Below the pieces are notes generated by a model. The model made no database searches and was not told the DNA's origin. It was given only the letters and a program-made list of their open reading frames with translations. From a virus, in the IMG/VR virus record IMGVR_UViG_3300046534_001361, positions 1 to 64,000 of that record: 64,000 bases of DNA; one strand, given 5' to 3'. Below are positions 20,692 through 30,016 of the stretch, piece by piece. Each line of letters begins with the position of its first letter. The stretch's first letter is position 1. The position numbers were made by a program, and so were the translations under genes.

Positions 20692-20958
20692 TTAATCCTC
20701 TGTTTCGGAATAATCAAAGCTGCTTGCATCAACTACAACCCCCCAAAATTCAAAAGCTTTTTTAATAAACATGGCCCAGTCTTTTTCATTCACAGCGCCG
20801 TGTGTGCAAAAACGACACTCAGGTGCTCCAGCCATTTGATCGCTGATACTATTGTGTAAATCTATGCCGTATTTACTAAACCTACCAACTGTGGACCCAT
20901 CATCACAATGAATCCAAACAGTGTCTCGGTTGGCACTAGTTTGTATTTCATATTTCAT
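20692..20958 (-). CDS. Hypothetical protein with CxxCxH motif
   Basis: 88 aa, TVWIHCDDGSTVGRF...CRFCTHG; overlaps the upstream gene. Confidence 0.7.
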   Translation of the reverse strand: MKYEIQTSANRDTVWIHCDDGSTVGRFSKYGIDLHNSISDQMAGAPECRFCTHGAVNEKDWAMFIKKAFEFWGVVVDASSFDYSETED

Positions 20959-21301
20959 GTTTTATTTTCTTATGGGCTGGTTGAGAGATTGCAATCAATC
21001 CGCGACCGCTGCTATCTTTTCTAATGAACGCGTGTATCAGCTCCTTTGTTATCGCTGTTTGAGTGATCGGAGTTATTGGTAACAGTGCTGTAGCAACTGC
21101 GCAAAACGCCTCCATTTCGATACCCCATTTATCAAATAGCAACTCGTCTAAATCGACATTTTCATTTATCGCGTCTACCATCTGAGTTTCATTCATACCG
21201 ATAGCTGATAGTGCCAGCTCTTCTAAATCATAAACTAGAAAGCTGGGTTTAAGTCGTTTATTTTTAGGTTCAATGGCTGTTTTGCTTTTTACGTTGCTCA
21301 T
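20948..21301 (-). CDS. Hypothetical phage protein
   Basis: 117 aa ORF with AGGA RBS. Confidence 0.7.
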   Translation of the reverse strand: MSNVKSKTAIEPKNKRLKPSFLVYDLEELALSAIGMNETQMVDAINENVDLDELLFDKWGIEMEAFCAVATALLPITPITQTAITKELIHAFIRKDSSGRGLIAISQPAHKKIKHEI

Positions 21302-21331
21302 ATTTATTCATCCTTTGCAGTTGATTTAATG

Positions 21332-21553
21332 TTAGTTATTTTCTTTTAATGCGCCCGGATTTTTGGGCGCTTTTGGTGTTGATAAATAATCTGCGATGGT
21401 TTCCAGCTCGACTGATAGCTCAAAAAAATCTGAACCTTGGTAAGCTTGCGCTTCGCCGTTACTTGCTCTGAGCGAATTTTCAGCTTCCATACCTTTTATT
21501 TCTGCATCTATGGACATTGCTCTGATCAACGTTATAGTATATGGATTGTTCAT
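21332..21553 (-). CDS. Hypothetical phage protein
   Basis: 73 aa, AGGAG RBS, EIKGMEAEN...GEAQAY motif. Confidence 0.7.
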   Translation of the reverse strand: MNNPYTITLIRAMSIDAEIKGMEAENSLRASNGEAQAYQGSDFFELSVELETIADYLSTPKAPKNPGALKENN

Positions 21554-21663
21554 TGTTCTACTCCTGTTTTAAATTAATTTTAACCTACCCAACCCTTTAC
21601 GAGCTGGGTTTTATTTATTCTATTTAGTTTTGATTTGCTGCCCACCAGTCTGTTCTTAACAGC

Positions 21664-21969
21664 TCATCTTCTAACATTTTTATATTCCTCAAATTGTGTT
21701 GTCATCGCTAACCATTCTGCCGCTTTTGACTCTACTTTAGACCACGCCGTACCGGTGCCGTGCTCAATGGAATCCCATTTAATATAAAATCCGTACTCCT
21801 CAGAACCCTCTTGCATTCCCCTAGGTGCATACACTAACTCCCCCTCGCAATCAGGACCGGTGTAATTCAAACCGTACAAGTAGCCACTGTCAGCGACACC
21901 CTCGCCTCTAGTAATGCCCATTCTTGCCAGCTCGTCAAAGTTTTCGTTGATAATTTCTTCAGTTGTCAT
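21664..21969 (-). CDS. Hypothetical protein
   Basis: 101 aa acidic ORF with AGGA RBS; first gene of the leftward unit. Confidence 0.65.
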   Translation of the reverse strand: MTTEEIINENFDELARMGITRGEGVADSGYLYGLNYTGPDCEGELVYAPRGMQEGSEEYGFYIKWDSIEHGTGTAWSKVESKAAEWLAMTTQFEEYKNVRR

Positions 21970-22063
21970 TTCATTTTCCTGTTAAGTATTTTTTTAATCT
22001 GCCAAAGCGGCCCTTTTGATTTACACTGAGTATAGGCGATTAAAAACAAAAGTAAACTTATAT

Positions 22064-22092
22064 TTGACTAAACGAAAAAATAATACGATAAT
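22064..22092 (+). promoter_or_regulatory. Sigma70-like promoter for the rightward accessory unit
   Basis: TTGACT-17 bp-GATAAT in the divergent intergenic region. Confidence 0.55.
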
Positions 22093-22122
22093 AGGCTTAT
22101 CACTTAATAAAGAGTAATAAAT

Positions 22123-22305
22123 ATGAATGCAACACGAAAATTAACTAAACAAGTCAAAATCTTTGACCGTGTACACGCAATGGCTAAAGAGATTGTGGAT
22201 TATCAAATGGAAGGCAACGTGTCACCATCAACTATACAAGGAGTTATCAATCAGGCTGTAATTGACGCTCACGATCGGATGAAAAAAAAGGAGAAGAAGC
22301 AATGA
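22123..22305 (+). CDS. Hypothetical protein
   Basis: 60 aa, ATGA-coupled to the next gene. Confidence 0.55.
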   Translation: MNATRKLTKQVKIFDRVHAMAKEIVDYQMEGNVSPSTIQGVINQAVIDAHDRMKKKEKKQ

Positions 22306-22706
22306 GTGAATCTGAATCTATATTAAAAGAAATCACTATTGATATATCACGGCTAATATCAGAGTTAAAACCTGATCAAATCGCAAGCATTTGCAAAATC
22401 GGTACGTTTATTTCAGATGGTGCGTTATTTTCCTCCTCTGGTTTTATTAAAACAAGACAAGAAAATATAGCGCAATTTTTGAAGTCCTTTAGTGTTTTTA
22501 ATATAACAATTTACCGCAATATCGAAACTGCATACATACAAATAACAAACACTAAAGGGCTGATGTTTGGCATTGAGTTAACACTAATCGAGGCAGGGCA
22601 GTCAGATGTCATTGCAGAGGCCTGGAGCCATGCAACGAATGCATTTAAAGCAGATGAAATCATTTCTAATAGCATGATAATAAAACCAGAGGAGAAGAGG
22701 CAATGA
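22302..22706 (+). CDS. Hypothetical protein, tandem paralogue A
   Basis: Aligns end to end with 22703-23065 (LKEI..IS.LIS.L; MF.IELTL..A.Q..IAE.W..A). Confidence 0.7.
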   Translation: MSESESILKEITIDISRLISELKPDQIASICKIGTFISDGALFSSSGFIKTRQENIAQFLKSFSVFNITIYRNIETAYIQITNTKGLMFGIELTLIEAGQSDVIAEAWSHATNAFKADEIISNSMIIKPEEKRQ

Positions 22707-23065
22707 GCGGCGAATTAAAAGAAATCTCGTATAATATATCAACACTGATATCATCGCTAATTGACGGTGAATCTTTAACTGTTTGCAACGGCGATTTCAT
22801 TTTGCCAAAAAGTTATGTGAGCATTTTTCCGCAGCAATTACTTTATATGCCGGAATTGTTGCAGCATTTAGGTGTTTCTAGGCTGTCAATATATCGCTAC
22901 GAAAAAACTGCAAACATAGTAATAACATACACTGGTGATAACATGTTTAGCATTGAGTTAACGCTAGATCAGGCAGAGCAGCCGGTAATAATTGCAGAGA
23001 CCTGGAACGATGCGCATTCAAAATTTAACGCACGTAAAGTAGCGGGTCCTAGTGCGATATATTGA
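22703..23065 (+). CDS. Hypothetical protein, tandem paralogue B
   Basis: Paralogue of 22302-22706; same GGAGAAGARGCAATGAG start context. Confidence 0.7.
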   Translation: MSGELKEISYNISTLISSLIDGESLTVCNGDFILPKSYVSIFPQQLLYMPELLQHLGVSRLSIYRYEKTANIVITYTGDNMFSIELTLDQAEQPVIIAETWNDAHSKFNARKVAGPSAIY

Positions 23066-23116
23066 TAGCAATCTATCTCGTACAGCATCAATTTTAAACA
23101 AAAGAGGTTAAAGGTT

Positions 23117-23383
23117 ATGAGTAAAATTAACATGGCAATAACGTGTGGTATTTCCACATCTGTATTTTTGGCTTTGGTCATTTCCGTTGGTCTCATCACT
23201 AATTGGGATTGGCAGATAATTAGTAATTTATCCGTTTTGATTCCCATATTATCATTACTGTTTTTTTCACTGTACCTTATTATAGCCACGGCAACACTTA
23301 AAATAGCTACATTAATATTAAGAACATACCGTCATCGGCAAGTGTCAACCACCAAAAACAAAACAGAGCGAGATCGAAAATGA
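23117..23383 (+). CDS. Two-TM membrane protein
   Basis: Two long hydrophobic segments; GAGG RBS. Confidence 0.6.
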   Translation: MSKINMAITCGISTSVFLALVISVGLITNWDWQIISNLSVLIPILSLLFFSLYLIIATATLKIATLILRTYRHRQVSTTKNKTERDRK

Positions 23384-23961
23384 CAGCAGCAACAATTACA
23401 AAGCAAAAATTATTAAACCTTGGCGCACACCAGGGCTTAATCAGCCGGTTTATCGAACAAACAGGCAACACCGATCAGCCAGTTGATATCCTAAGTTTAA
23501 TCGGCGCAGAGAACGCCACGGATGATCTTTTATGGTTAGCAGGGCAAACCCTCCCGAAAATCAAGATTGTACAGTTTGCCGTGGAATGTGCTGAAAGTGT
23601 GTTGCATCTCAACAGTGATCCCAGAGCTATTGCTGCGATCCAATCGGCAAAGGACTGGTTAGAGGAACCATCCGAAGAAAATAGGCTGTTAGCTCGTGAG
23701 GCTTTTACTTATGCTAATAATGCTACTTATGATACTGATGCTGCCCGTGCTGCATATTATGCGGCTAATGCTGCTGCGGCTGATAATGCTTATGCTGCTA
23801 TTAATACTGCTTATGCTGCTGCGGCTGCTGCGTGTGCTGTAGAGGCTAATGATGCCGCTAATTATGCTAATGCTGCTGCTATTTATGCTAATGCTTATGC
23901 TGATTATGCGGAATCAAATGAAGTGGTTCAAACCTCACTCATGAATCTATTTTCAGAATAA
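23380..23961 (+). CDS. Imm5-like helical protein with Ala/Tyr/Asn variable tail, paralogue A
   Basis: FAVECAESVLHL..DPRAIAAIQSAKDW core; SNEVVQTSLMNLFSE end shared with five other genes. Confidence 0.85.
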   Translation: MTAATITKQKLLNLGAHQGLISRFIEQTGNTDQPVDILSLIGAENATDDLLWLAGQTLPKIKIVQFAVECAESVLHLNSDPRAIAAIQSAKDWLEEPSEENRLLAREAFTYANNATYDTDAARAAYYAANAAAADNAYAAINTAYAAAAAACAVEANDAANYANAAAIYANAYADYAESNEVVQTSLMNLFSE

Positions 23962-23997
23962 ACCGATCAACCACAAGCCCCTTAATTGGGGCTTTTT
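23962..23997 (+). terminator. Terminator built on the cassette 3' motif
   Basis: AACCGATCAACCACA followed by AGCCCC-TTAATT-GGGGCT-TTTT. Confidence 0.7.
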
Positions 23998-24041
23998 GGG
24001 TAGTAATGCACTAATCAAAAACACAAAAAGGTAAAGTCATA

Positions 24042-24593
24042 ATGGAACAAATTAACTACAAAAACCGGACAGAGCAAGTCCGAGATCTCATAGCCAACGC
24101 CGACATAAACACCGAAAAATACGCGGTAGATATATTAAACCCGGGCAGAAAGAACGCGAGCTTTGTGGGCTATTACGTCAGCCCAGACGGCATGAAAACT
24201 CTAATGATACGTGTACCTCTAAACACAGATGGTGTAGCTTGCAATATTAAGCGCTGGCTAGGGGTTTTCGGCAAGACCAAAACACCGTGTGCAGCGCCAA
24301 ATCCAGAGCAAGCGCCGGCAGATGTTGGCATGGGGAAAATAATAGCCCCGATCAATACTGAATCACTAGTGCCAGCTGATAACAAATCACGAGGGGCGTT
24401 GAAGCGTGATCAGACGTTAGATAAACAACCAGTTGCTTGGATATTGCTAGAGCAACATTGCAGGGCGGTAGATGATTGTGAAGACGTGCCGGTGCTTTGC
24501 TTCGCTAGCGAGATTAGCGAGACAGAACTTAATAAATACATTGAATCTGGCCGGGCTACGCCGCTTTACACCAAGCATGGAGCAGCATCATGA
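24042..24593 (+). CDS. Hypothetical phage protein with C-terminal QPVAW...PLY module
   Basis: 183 aa; PVAW/PLYT module common in phage accessory proteins. Confidence 0.65.
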   Translation: MEQINYKNRTEQVRDLIANADINTEKYAVDILNPGRKNASFVGYYVSPDGMKTLMIRVPLNTDGVACNIKRWLGVFGKTKTPCAAPNPEQAPADVGMGKIIAPINTESLVPADNKSRGALKRDQTLDKQPVAWILLEQHCRAVDDCEDVPVLCFASEISETELNKYIESGRATPLYTKHGAAS

Positions 24594-24823
24594 GTTTACC
24601 AGAAGCGTTAAATACTGATAGTGACAATGCTGCACTGATTGATCAGGTTAAAGGGTTTTTGAGGGACTGGGTGCTAGATGATTTTGACGCCGACAAATGC
24701 CTTGCCATGATCCGGACTGGCATTGCCAGTGAAGCTTACGGCCGCCAAATAGCACTAATGGCTACGCTCTTGTTTGAGATTGGTGTTGTGCGAGATAGTT
24801 TTAAAGAGGCGCTAGACCAGTGA
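24590..24823 (+). CDS. Hypothetical protein
   Basis: 77 aa, coupled at both ends. Confidence 0.6.
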   Translation: MSLPEALNTDSDNAALIDQVKGFLRDWVLDDFDADKCLAMIRTGIASEAYGRQIALMATLLFEIGVVRDSFKEALDQ

Positions 24824-25014
24824 GCAGCAATCAAAAATACCTACATCTTATCGGTGATAGTCACAACGACGACGCCCCGCTTGGCGTTGATGCCGATGGC
24901 TGGGGCAGTATGAGCCAGGAGCAGCGCAAAGAATTAGTCAGTGAAGTTGCCCGTAATATTTACGATGAACACGATTTAACACTGTTTAAAGTGATCCAAG
25001 ACAGTGAAGACTAA
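24820..25014 (+). CDS. Hypothetical acidic protein
   Basis: 64 aa, GTGA coupling. Confidence 0.55.
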   Translation: MSSNQKYLHLIGDSHNDDAPLGVDADGWGSMSQEQRKELVSEVARNIYDEHDLTLFKVIQDSED

Positions 25015-25134
25015 GCGCTTGTTTTTAAATACACTACGCCAATTATCGCAAATTACATTTGATTGGTGTATTTACATTAATAAAATGTAGGTCTATAATT
25101 GAATCTACTTAAATACATCAACAGGTCTGTTTAT

Positions 25135-25329
25135 ATGACAAGTAAAGGCGGGCCTGGCAGAGGTCAAGGAAACAAACGATTACCCGAGGGTAGTCGCAAG
25201 ATATCTAAAACATTTAGGCTTAAACCTGGTGTAGTGGAGCTTCTTAAGTCTATATCAAAAGAAAATTCACAGTCTCAGGCTGCAATAATTGAACAGGCTG
25301 TAATGGCACAACACGGAGAAATCAAATGA
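25135..25329 (+). CDS. Ribbon-helix-helix DNA-binding protein
   Basis: GGPGRGQGNK basic arm followed by KTFRLKPGVVELLKSIS...QAAIIEQAV; likely start MTSK. Confidence 0.65.
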   Translation: MTSKGGPGRGQGNKRLPEGSRKISKTFRLKPGVVELLKSISKENSQSQAAIIEQAVMAQHGEIK

Positions 25330-25385
25330 CAGGTAAAGAAATAGCGATTTCACTTCATTTCGTAAAATTATAAGGGCACTGACAA

Positions 25386-25823
25386 ATGGCGATCTATTTA
25401 CCAAATACTAAAAACTTCACTGCACAAGAACTGGTTCCACCAGAGGTATTTAAGCTCATTGATGCACACCACATACACCAACTATTTAAACCGGGTTTAT
25501 TGCAAACCTTATACAAGGTACGTGAGACATTTGGTTCCACTACAGTAAACACGTGGCATCATTCTGACGATGGTCACACAGGGCATAGATACAGAGGCTA
25601 TCGGCCTTTAGATTGCTTGATTGGTGCAAAATCCAGCCAACACAAATTTGGTGCCGCTGTTGATTGCGTATTTTCAGGAGTGACAGCGGAAGAATCCCGC
25701 CAGTACATTTTAAAGAATCCTGACAAATTCCCAGCAATAACGACGATAGAAGGCCAAGTAAATTGGCTGCATTTTGATATTCGTCCGCGCACCACTGATA
25801 AAATTTTTGTCTTCAACCCATGA
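25386..25823 (+). CDS. Peptidase M15-family endolysin
   Basis: RGYRP, SQHKFGAAVD and WLHFD zinc-peptidase motifs. Confidence 0.85.
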   Translation: MAIYLPNTKNFTAQELVPPEVFKLIDAHHIHQLFKPGLLQTLYKVRETFGSTTVNTWHHSDDGHTGHRYRGYRPLDCLIGAKSSQHKFGAAVDCVFSGVTAEESRQYILKNPDKFPAITTIEGQVNWLHFDIRPRTTDKIFVFNP

Positions 25824-25963
25824 GGTCAATATGCAACACATGAGATCTAAATTATTCTGCGAGGCTGAGCGTATAAAGTAGGTTATAGATAACCCAAGGC
25901 CTAAAAATATGCCTTGGCAAGCGCTGAGTATCGTATCAAAACTTAAAGTAAAAAAGGCAAAAA

Positions 25964-26212
25964 ATGGCAACTTTAAATGAAGCGCGTAAATTTCTTAATG
26001 AGATTTGTCCAGGTGCAACAATCGAAAAGGTTAATCAAGAGGGCGATATATCCGCTTTTATGACGTTGGCAGGTGAATATTTATTTTACGGCCAAAATAA
26101 AAATCATGAATTTCATAAAGACCCCGGCTGGTCAATGGCTAAATTTTGGAGCGAATTGATAGAAGAGATTGATAACAGTACCATTGAAAAGTCACCTGAC
26201 ACTTTGCAATAG
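25964..26212 (+). CDS. Hypothetical protein
   Basis: 82 aa ORF in operon orientation. Confidence 0.55.
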   Translation: MATLNEARKFLNEICPGATIEKVNQEGDISAFMTLAGEYLFYGQNKNHEFHKDPGWSMAKFWSELIEEIDNSTIEKSPDTLQ

Positions 26213-26268
26213 TGAATGGCATTACTGCATCGACAAGTAGCCAAAACAAAACAGAAAGAGGATTCATA

Positions 26269-26742
26269 ATGAAAATTACGCAACAACAATTAGTAGATCT
26301 CGGTGCGTGTAAGCCGGGTTTTGATCGGTTTATCGAACAAACAGGCAATACGGATCAGCCAGTTAAAATATTGAACTTGATCGGTGGGAAAAATACCACG
26401 GATGATCTTTTATGGTTCGCTGGTGAAACATTACCAAAAATGAAGATTGTAATATTTGCCGTTGAATGCGCTGAAAGTGTGTTGCATCTACACACCGATC
26501 CACGTGTTCTTGCTGCTATCCAAGCGGCCAGGGATTGGATAAAGGAACCGTCCGAGGTGCATAGATTAAACGCCCGTGATGCCGCTGATAATGCCGGTGA
26601 TAATGCTCCTTCTGCTGCTGCTTATGCTGCTGCTTATACTTCTTCAAATGTTGTTATCTATGCTAGTAATGCTGCTCGTCATGCTAACGCTGCACCTAAT
26701 GAAGCGGTTAAAACCTCACTGATTCAGCTGTTTTCAGAGTAA
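26269..26742 (+). CDS. Imm5-like protein, paralogue B
   Basis: Start reassigned to ATG 26269 (GAGGA RBS); same core, shortest variable tail. Confidence 0.85.
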   Translation: MKITQQQLVDLGACKPGFDRFIEQTGNTDQPVKILNLIGGKNTTDDLLWFAGETLPKMKIVIFAVECAESVLHLHTDPRVLAAIQAARDWIKEPSEVHRLNARDAADNAGDNAPSAAAYAAAYTSSNVVIYASNAARHANAAPNEAVKTSLIQLFSE

Positions 26743-26887
26743 AACCGATCAACCACAAGCCCGGCTATCTAATGCCGGGCAAACTAAATTAAACCAATTT
26801 TATTTAAAAGTTGCAGTCTGTCATCAGTGTGTTAATATCAATTCATCGGCAAGACGCCGCAAGCCACTACCAAAAGCGAGAAATAAA
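26743..26887 (+). repeat. Cassette junction repeat, full copy (stem-loop + AT tract + promoter + leader)
   Basis: GCCCGGC-TATCTAAT-GCCGGGC (26759-26780), TTGCAG (26811)...TGT-TAATAT (26833), CATCGGCAAGACGCC leader. Confidence 0.9.
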
Positions 26888-27550
26888 ATGACAGCACCAA
26901 CAATTACAAAGCAAGAACTAATAAAATTAGGCGCAGACCAGGACCTAATTAGCCGGTTCATCGAACAAACCAATAACACCGATCAGCCAGTTGATATCCT
27001 AAGTTTAATCGGCGCAGAGAACGCCACGGATGATCTTTTATGGTTAGCCGGTAAAATTCTCCCAAAAATCAAAATTGTACAGTTTACCGTTGAGTGCGCA
27101 GAAAGTTTGTCGCATCTACACACCGATCCCAGTGCTATTGCTGCGATCCAAGCGGCCAGGGATTGGATATCGGAACATCCCGAGGGGAATAGATTAAAAG
27201 CTCGTGATGCTGCTTATGCTGCGGCTAATGCTGCTGCTTCTGCTGCTGCTTCTGCTGCGGCTTATACTGCGGCTAATGCTGCGGCTAATGCTGCTGCTTA
27301 TACTGCTGCTTCTGCTGCGGCTTATACTGCGGCTAATGCTGCGGCTAATGCTGCTGCTTATACTGCGGCTTATGCTGCTGCTTCTGCTGCTGCGGCTAAT
27401 GCTGCTAATACTGCTATCTATGCCGCTTATGCTGCTTCAAATGCTGCTGTTAATGCTGCTTACGCTGCTTATGCTGCTAGTGCTGCTGCTGATTATGCTG
27501 CATCAAATGAAGTGGTTCGGGCCTCGCTGATCAAGATGTTTTCAGAATAA
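26888..27550 (+). CDS. Imm5-like protein, paralogue C
   Basis: Same core; longest tail, containing a 60 bp tandem duplication at about 27243-27362. Confidence 0.85.
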   Translation: MTAPTITKQELIKLGADQDLISRFIEQTNNTDQPVDILSLIGAENATDDLLWLAGKILPKIKIVQFTVECAESLSHLHTDPSAIAAIQAARDWISEHPEGNRLKARDAAYAAANAAASAAASAAAYTAANAAANAAAYTAASAAAYTAANAAANAAAYTAAYAAASAAAANAANTAIYAAYAASNAAVNAAYAAYAASAAADYAASNEVVRASLIKMFSE

Positions 27551-27597
27551 ACGGAGTAACCACGATCCCTTGATAATCTTTAATTTACGTTGAGCAG

Positions 27598-27627
27598 ATT
27601 GAGTTTGAAATTAATTTCAAACTCAAT
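27598..27627. repeat. Perfect 30 bp palindrome
   Basis: ATTGAGTTTGAAATT|AATTTCAAACTCAAT. Confidence 0.85.
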
Positions 27628-27793
27628 TATACTTAAAGTATTGACACAGACCGGAACCTTTTAGGGGTGTTGATGTCGGAGGAAACTTTCCCAGCCTGTG
27701 TGCGGGATATTGAAAGGCAACGCCGGATTTGATTTTATTCTATAAAAAAGCGCATTAACAATGCTCTTTTTTGTTGCAAGATACAGTATCCGT

Positions 27794-28159
27794 TTATTTA
27801 CTGCCCCATCTATGCGGCCTATGCCTATCCTGATGATTCAATCTTTTAAATCCATCAATTAGCATTTCATTTGCGCAGTTAATTACATCAGGTTCTAATT
27901 TCTTGTTATTTTTCCGATTGACTTTGTAATGAACACCACGAATGTCATACCAATACTGACCAATTTTAGAGTAAACGTGACCCTCAATACAGTCATGCCA
28001 GATCTCATGATTGGCTTGCCCTACAATGTTTCTTAATATTAGACTAAACCGGTAGCACTCACCTTCAGTATAGAGCCTGACGGCATCAGGATTACTATCT
28101 CGTATAGCGCCTATAATGGCAACAAGATGTTTTTTTGTTGGTTTATTGAACGCCATCAT
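27794..28159 (-). CDS. Hypothetical phage protein
   Basis: 121 aa, YTEGECYRF...HVY...WYDIRG; GAGG RBS. Confidence 0.7.
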   Translation of the reverse strand: MMAFNKPTKKHLVAIIGAIRDSNPDAVRLYTEGECYRFSLILRNIVGQANHEIWHDCIEGHVYSKIGQYWYDIRGVHYKVNRKNNKKLEPDVINCANEMLIDGFKRLNHQDRHRPHRWGSK

Positions 28160-28405
28160 AAAGCCTCTTTGCTTTTGAATGAATTGAGTTTGACTTTTTA
28201 TTTATCTGATCGTAAAAATAGCGTGGCCGAATATCTCACCCTAAATAGTTTTAAATATTAAGCCAGTAAATACAATCGTGTATTACTGGCCCTTCGCAAA
28301 GTTTTAACCCTGTGTTTATATACCCCTGACCTTATCACATTATATTGTTTAGCTTTGATTGATTCAAAGTGATACCAACCAATATAATAGACTTTAATTC
28401 CAAGC

Positions 28406-30016
28406 CTACTTAAATTTAGGTCCAAAAACTGCTTTTTTACGGCCTAAAATAGTAACAGCTGCATATCTGAATGCGTCTGCCCCGTGTGATGACCAATCAT
28501 GTAACGGTTGATCACGCCAGCATTCGCCTTTATCATTCCATGCTTTTCGGTATGCCTCCAGTGCTTTAATTCCAAGCTCGCAGGTCTTTTCGTCAAAAAC
28601 CGATTTATCTAAAAGTTTCCTGGCGTGATTTATACCCTGATCAACACCCAGCTTTGGCACTGTCTGAAATATTATTTTATACAATTGCCCGTCATCATCT
28701 AAATCAAACCCTATTGCGGCCACTTGTTTAGTTGTTTTTGCTCCAGTAGCTGAAAATTGCCTATTGTCGATATCATGGGGGCCGTAGTGAGTGCCATACG
28801 TGTACTTCTTGGCAATCCCTCTATTCCTGATGTATTTAGCGTAATGATCCAAACCTTCACCGCTGTTTTCATAGTAATCAACAAAATGAATTTGATTGTT
28901 AATTTCTTGCCAAAACCAAATTGCAGTTGAATCACCTACGCCCAGATCCCATGCTGTATTAACCCTAGCGTCATTGCCAAATCCTGAGCAAATACGTTTT
29001 TCTTTGTGTATTTCGGTAAATTGAGTTTTATAGTAAGCGCCTTGAATGGTTTTTTCAAACGCTTCTTCAGGTGTTGTTGGGTATTCCTGCCGCATCTCAT
29101 CCCGTAGAGTGTTCCATTTACCAGAATACCAAGCTCTTCGATCGTCATTAATAACTATACCAAGCGTAGCTTCTAGATTATCAAAGTAAGGGATCAGCGT
29201 TTGCGCTATGTCGCCGCCCGGTAAAATATATTCTTCCCTCTGGAACCAGCTGTAAAAATGCCCCTTCCAATCGAGATTTGATAACACTTTTTGAAGCCTC
29301 ACATTTTTTAGGCCGTCCTGACAGATTTCATAATAATAACCCTCCCGCCCATCTGCTGTAGACTCCAGGGTTATACTTCCGTTGACTGGTACAGCCTCAA
29401 ACGCACCGCTGATTATCTCTTTTGCAACGTCTGGGCTATTCCTGCATATTTTTCCAAATTCAGACACGTGTAAATCATCCAGTGTATCACCCCGGTACCC
29501 TGTGCTGACCTCTACACTGGATCCGTTAGAAAATACATATGAGTTACTAGTGTCTGATTTTGCTAATGGCAGCTCATACCCCATTTCTGAGATGATCTCT
29601 CGCTGCACCTGGGTTATTGACTCAAACGCGAATTTTATTTTATTGCGGAATATTTTTTTGGCGTCATCCATTTTATGACATATAACACCGGAGGCAAAAT
29701 TAGCAACAAACAAACAACTGTCCAAGTTTTGAATCATTTTAAACGTAGTAAAACCTAATTGCCTGACCTTTAAAATAACATCCCTTGTGTGGCTGTTTAG
29801 ATAGTAGTGTTCCTGTTCTTTGTTTGCTTTAAATGTGATCACTTTGCTTGCGCAATCCTCGTCCTCGTCCGGGCTTGCCTTTGTCTTTATCTTGTAGAGC
29901 GTGTTAATCCTAAACCAGGTGTAGGTCATGGCCTCAGCCATTTGGTCTATATTAAGATCGCTTACATTGTTTAAATACCAACACGCTTGATTGTGGTTCT
30001 CAGTGCTTACTGCCAC
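28406..30016 (-). CDS. terL: Terminase large subunit
   Basis: ILKVRQLGFTT Walker A, LHVSE Walker B, LESTA motif, nuclease WDLGVGD and HDWSSHGADAFRY. Confidence 0.95.
   Translation of the reverse strand: MAVSTENHNQACWYLNNVSDLNIDQMAEAMTYTWFRINTLYKIKTKASPDEDEDCASKVITFKANKEQEHYYLNSHTRDVILKVRQLGFTTFKMIQNLDSCLFVANFASGVICHKMDDAKKIFRNKIKFAFESITQVQREIISEMGYELPLAKSDTSNSYVFSNGSSVEVSTGYRGDTLDDLHVSEFGKICRNSPDVAKEIISGAFEAVPVNGSITLESTADGREGYYYEICQDGLKNVRLQKVLSNLDWKGHFYSWFQREEYILPGGDIAQTLIPYFDNLEATLGIVINDDRRAWYSGKWNTLRDEMRQEYPTTPEEAFEKTIQGAYYKTQFTEIHKEKRICSGFGNDARVNTAWDLGVGDSTAIWFWQEINNQIHFVDYYENSGEGLDHYAKYIRNRGIAKKYTYGTHYGPHDIDNRQFSATGAKTTKQVAAIGFDLDDDGQLYKIIFQTVPKLGVDQGINHARKLLDKSVFDEKTCELGIKALEAYRKAWNDKGECWRDQPLHDWSSHGADAFRYAAVTILGRKKAVFGPKFK

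Noticed and set aside
26743-26887. Integron attC sites or CRISPR repeats for the junction elements
   Set aside because: No RYYYAAC/GTTRRRY-bounded long imperfect palindrome, no integrase or cas genes, and each full element includes a promoter.
27204-27530. Leu/Met-rich ORFs (also 46150-46401) and Ser-rich ORFs (55217-55435, 19248-19475)
   Set aside because: Alternative-frame or antisense shadows of the (GCT)n and SAAE repeats in real genes.
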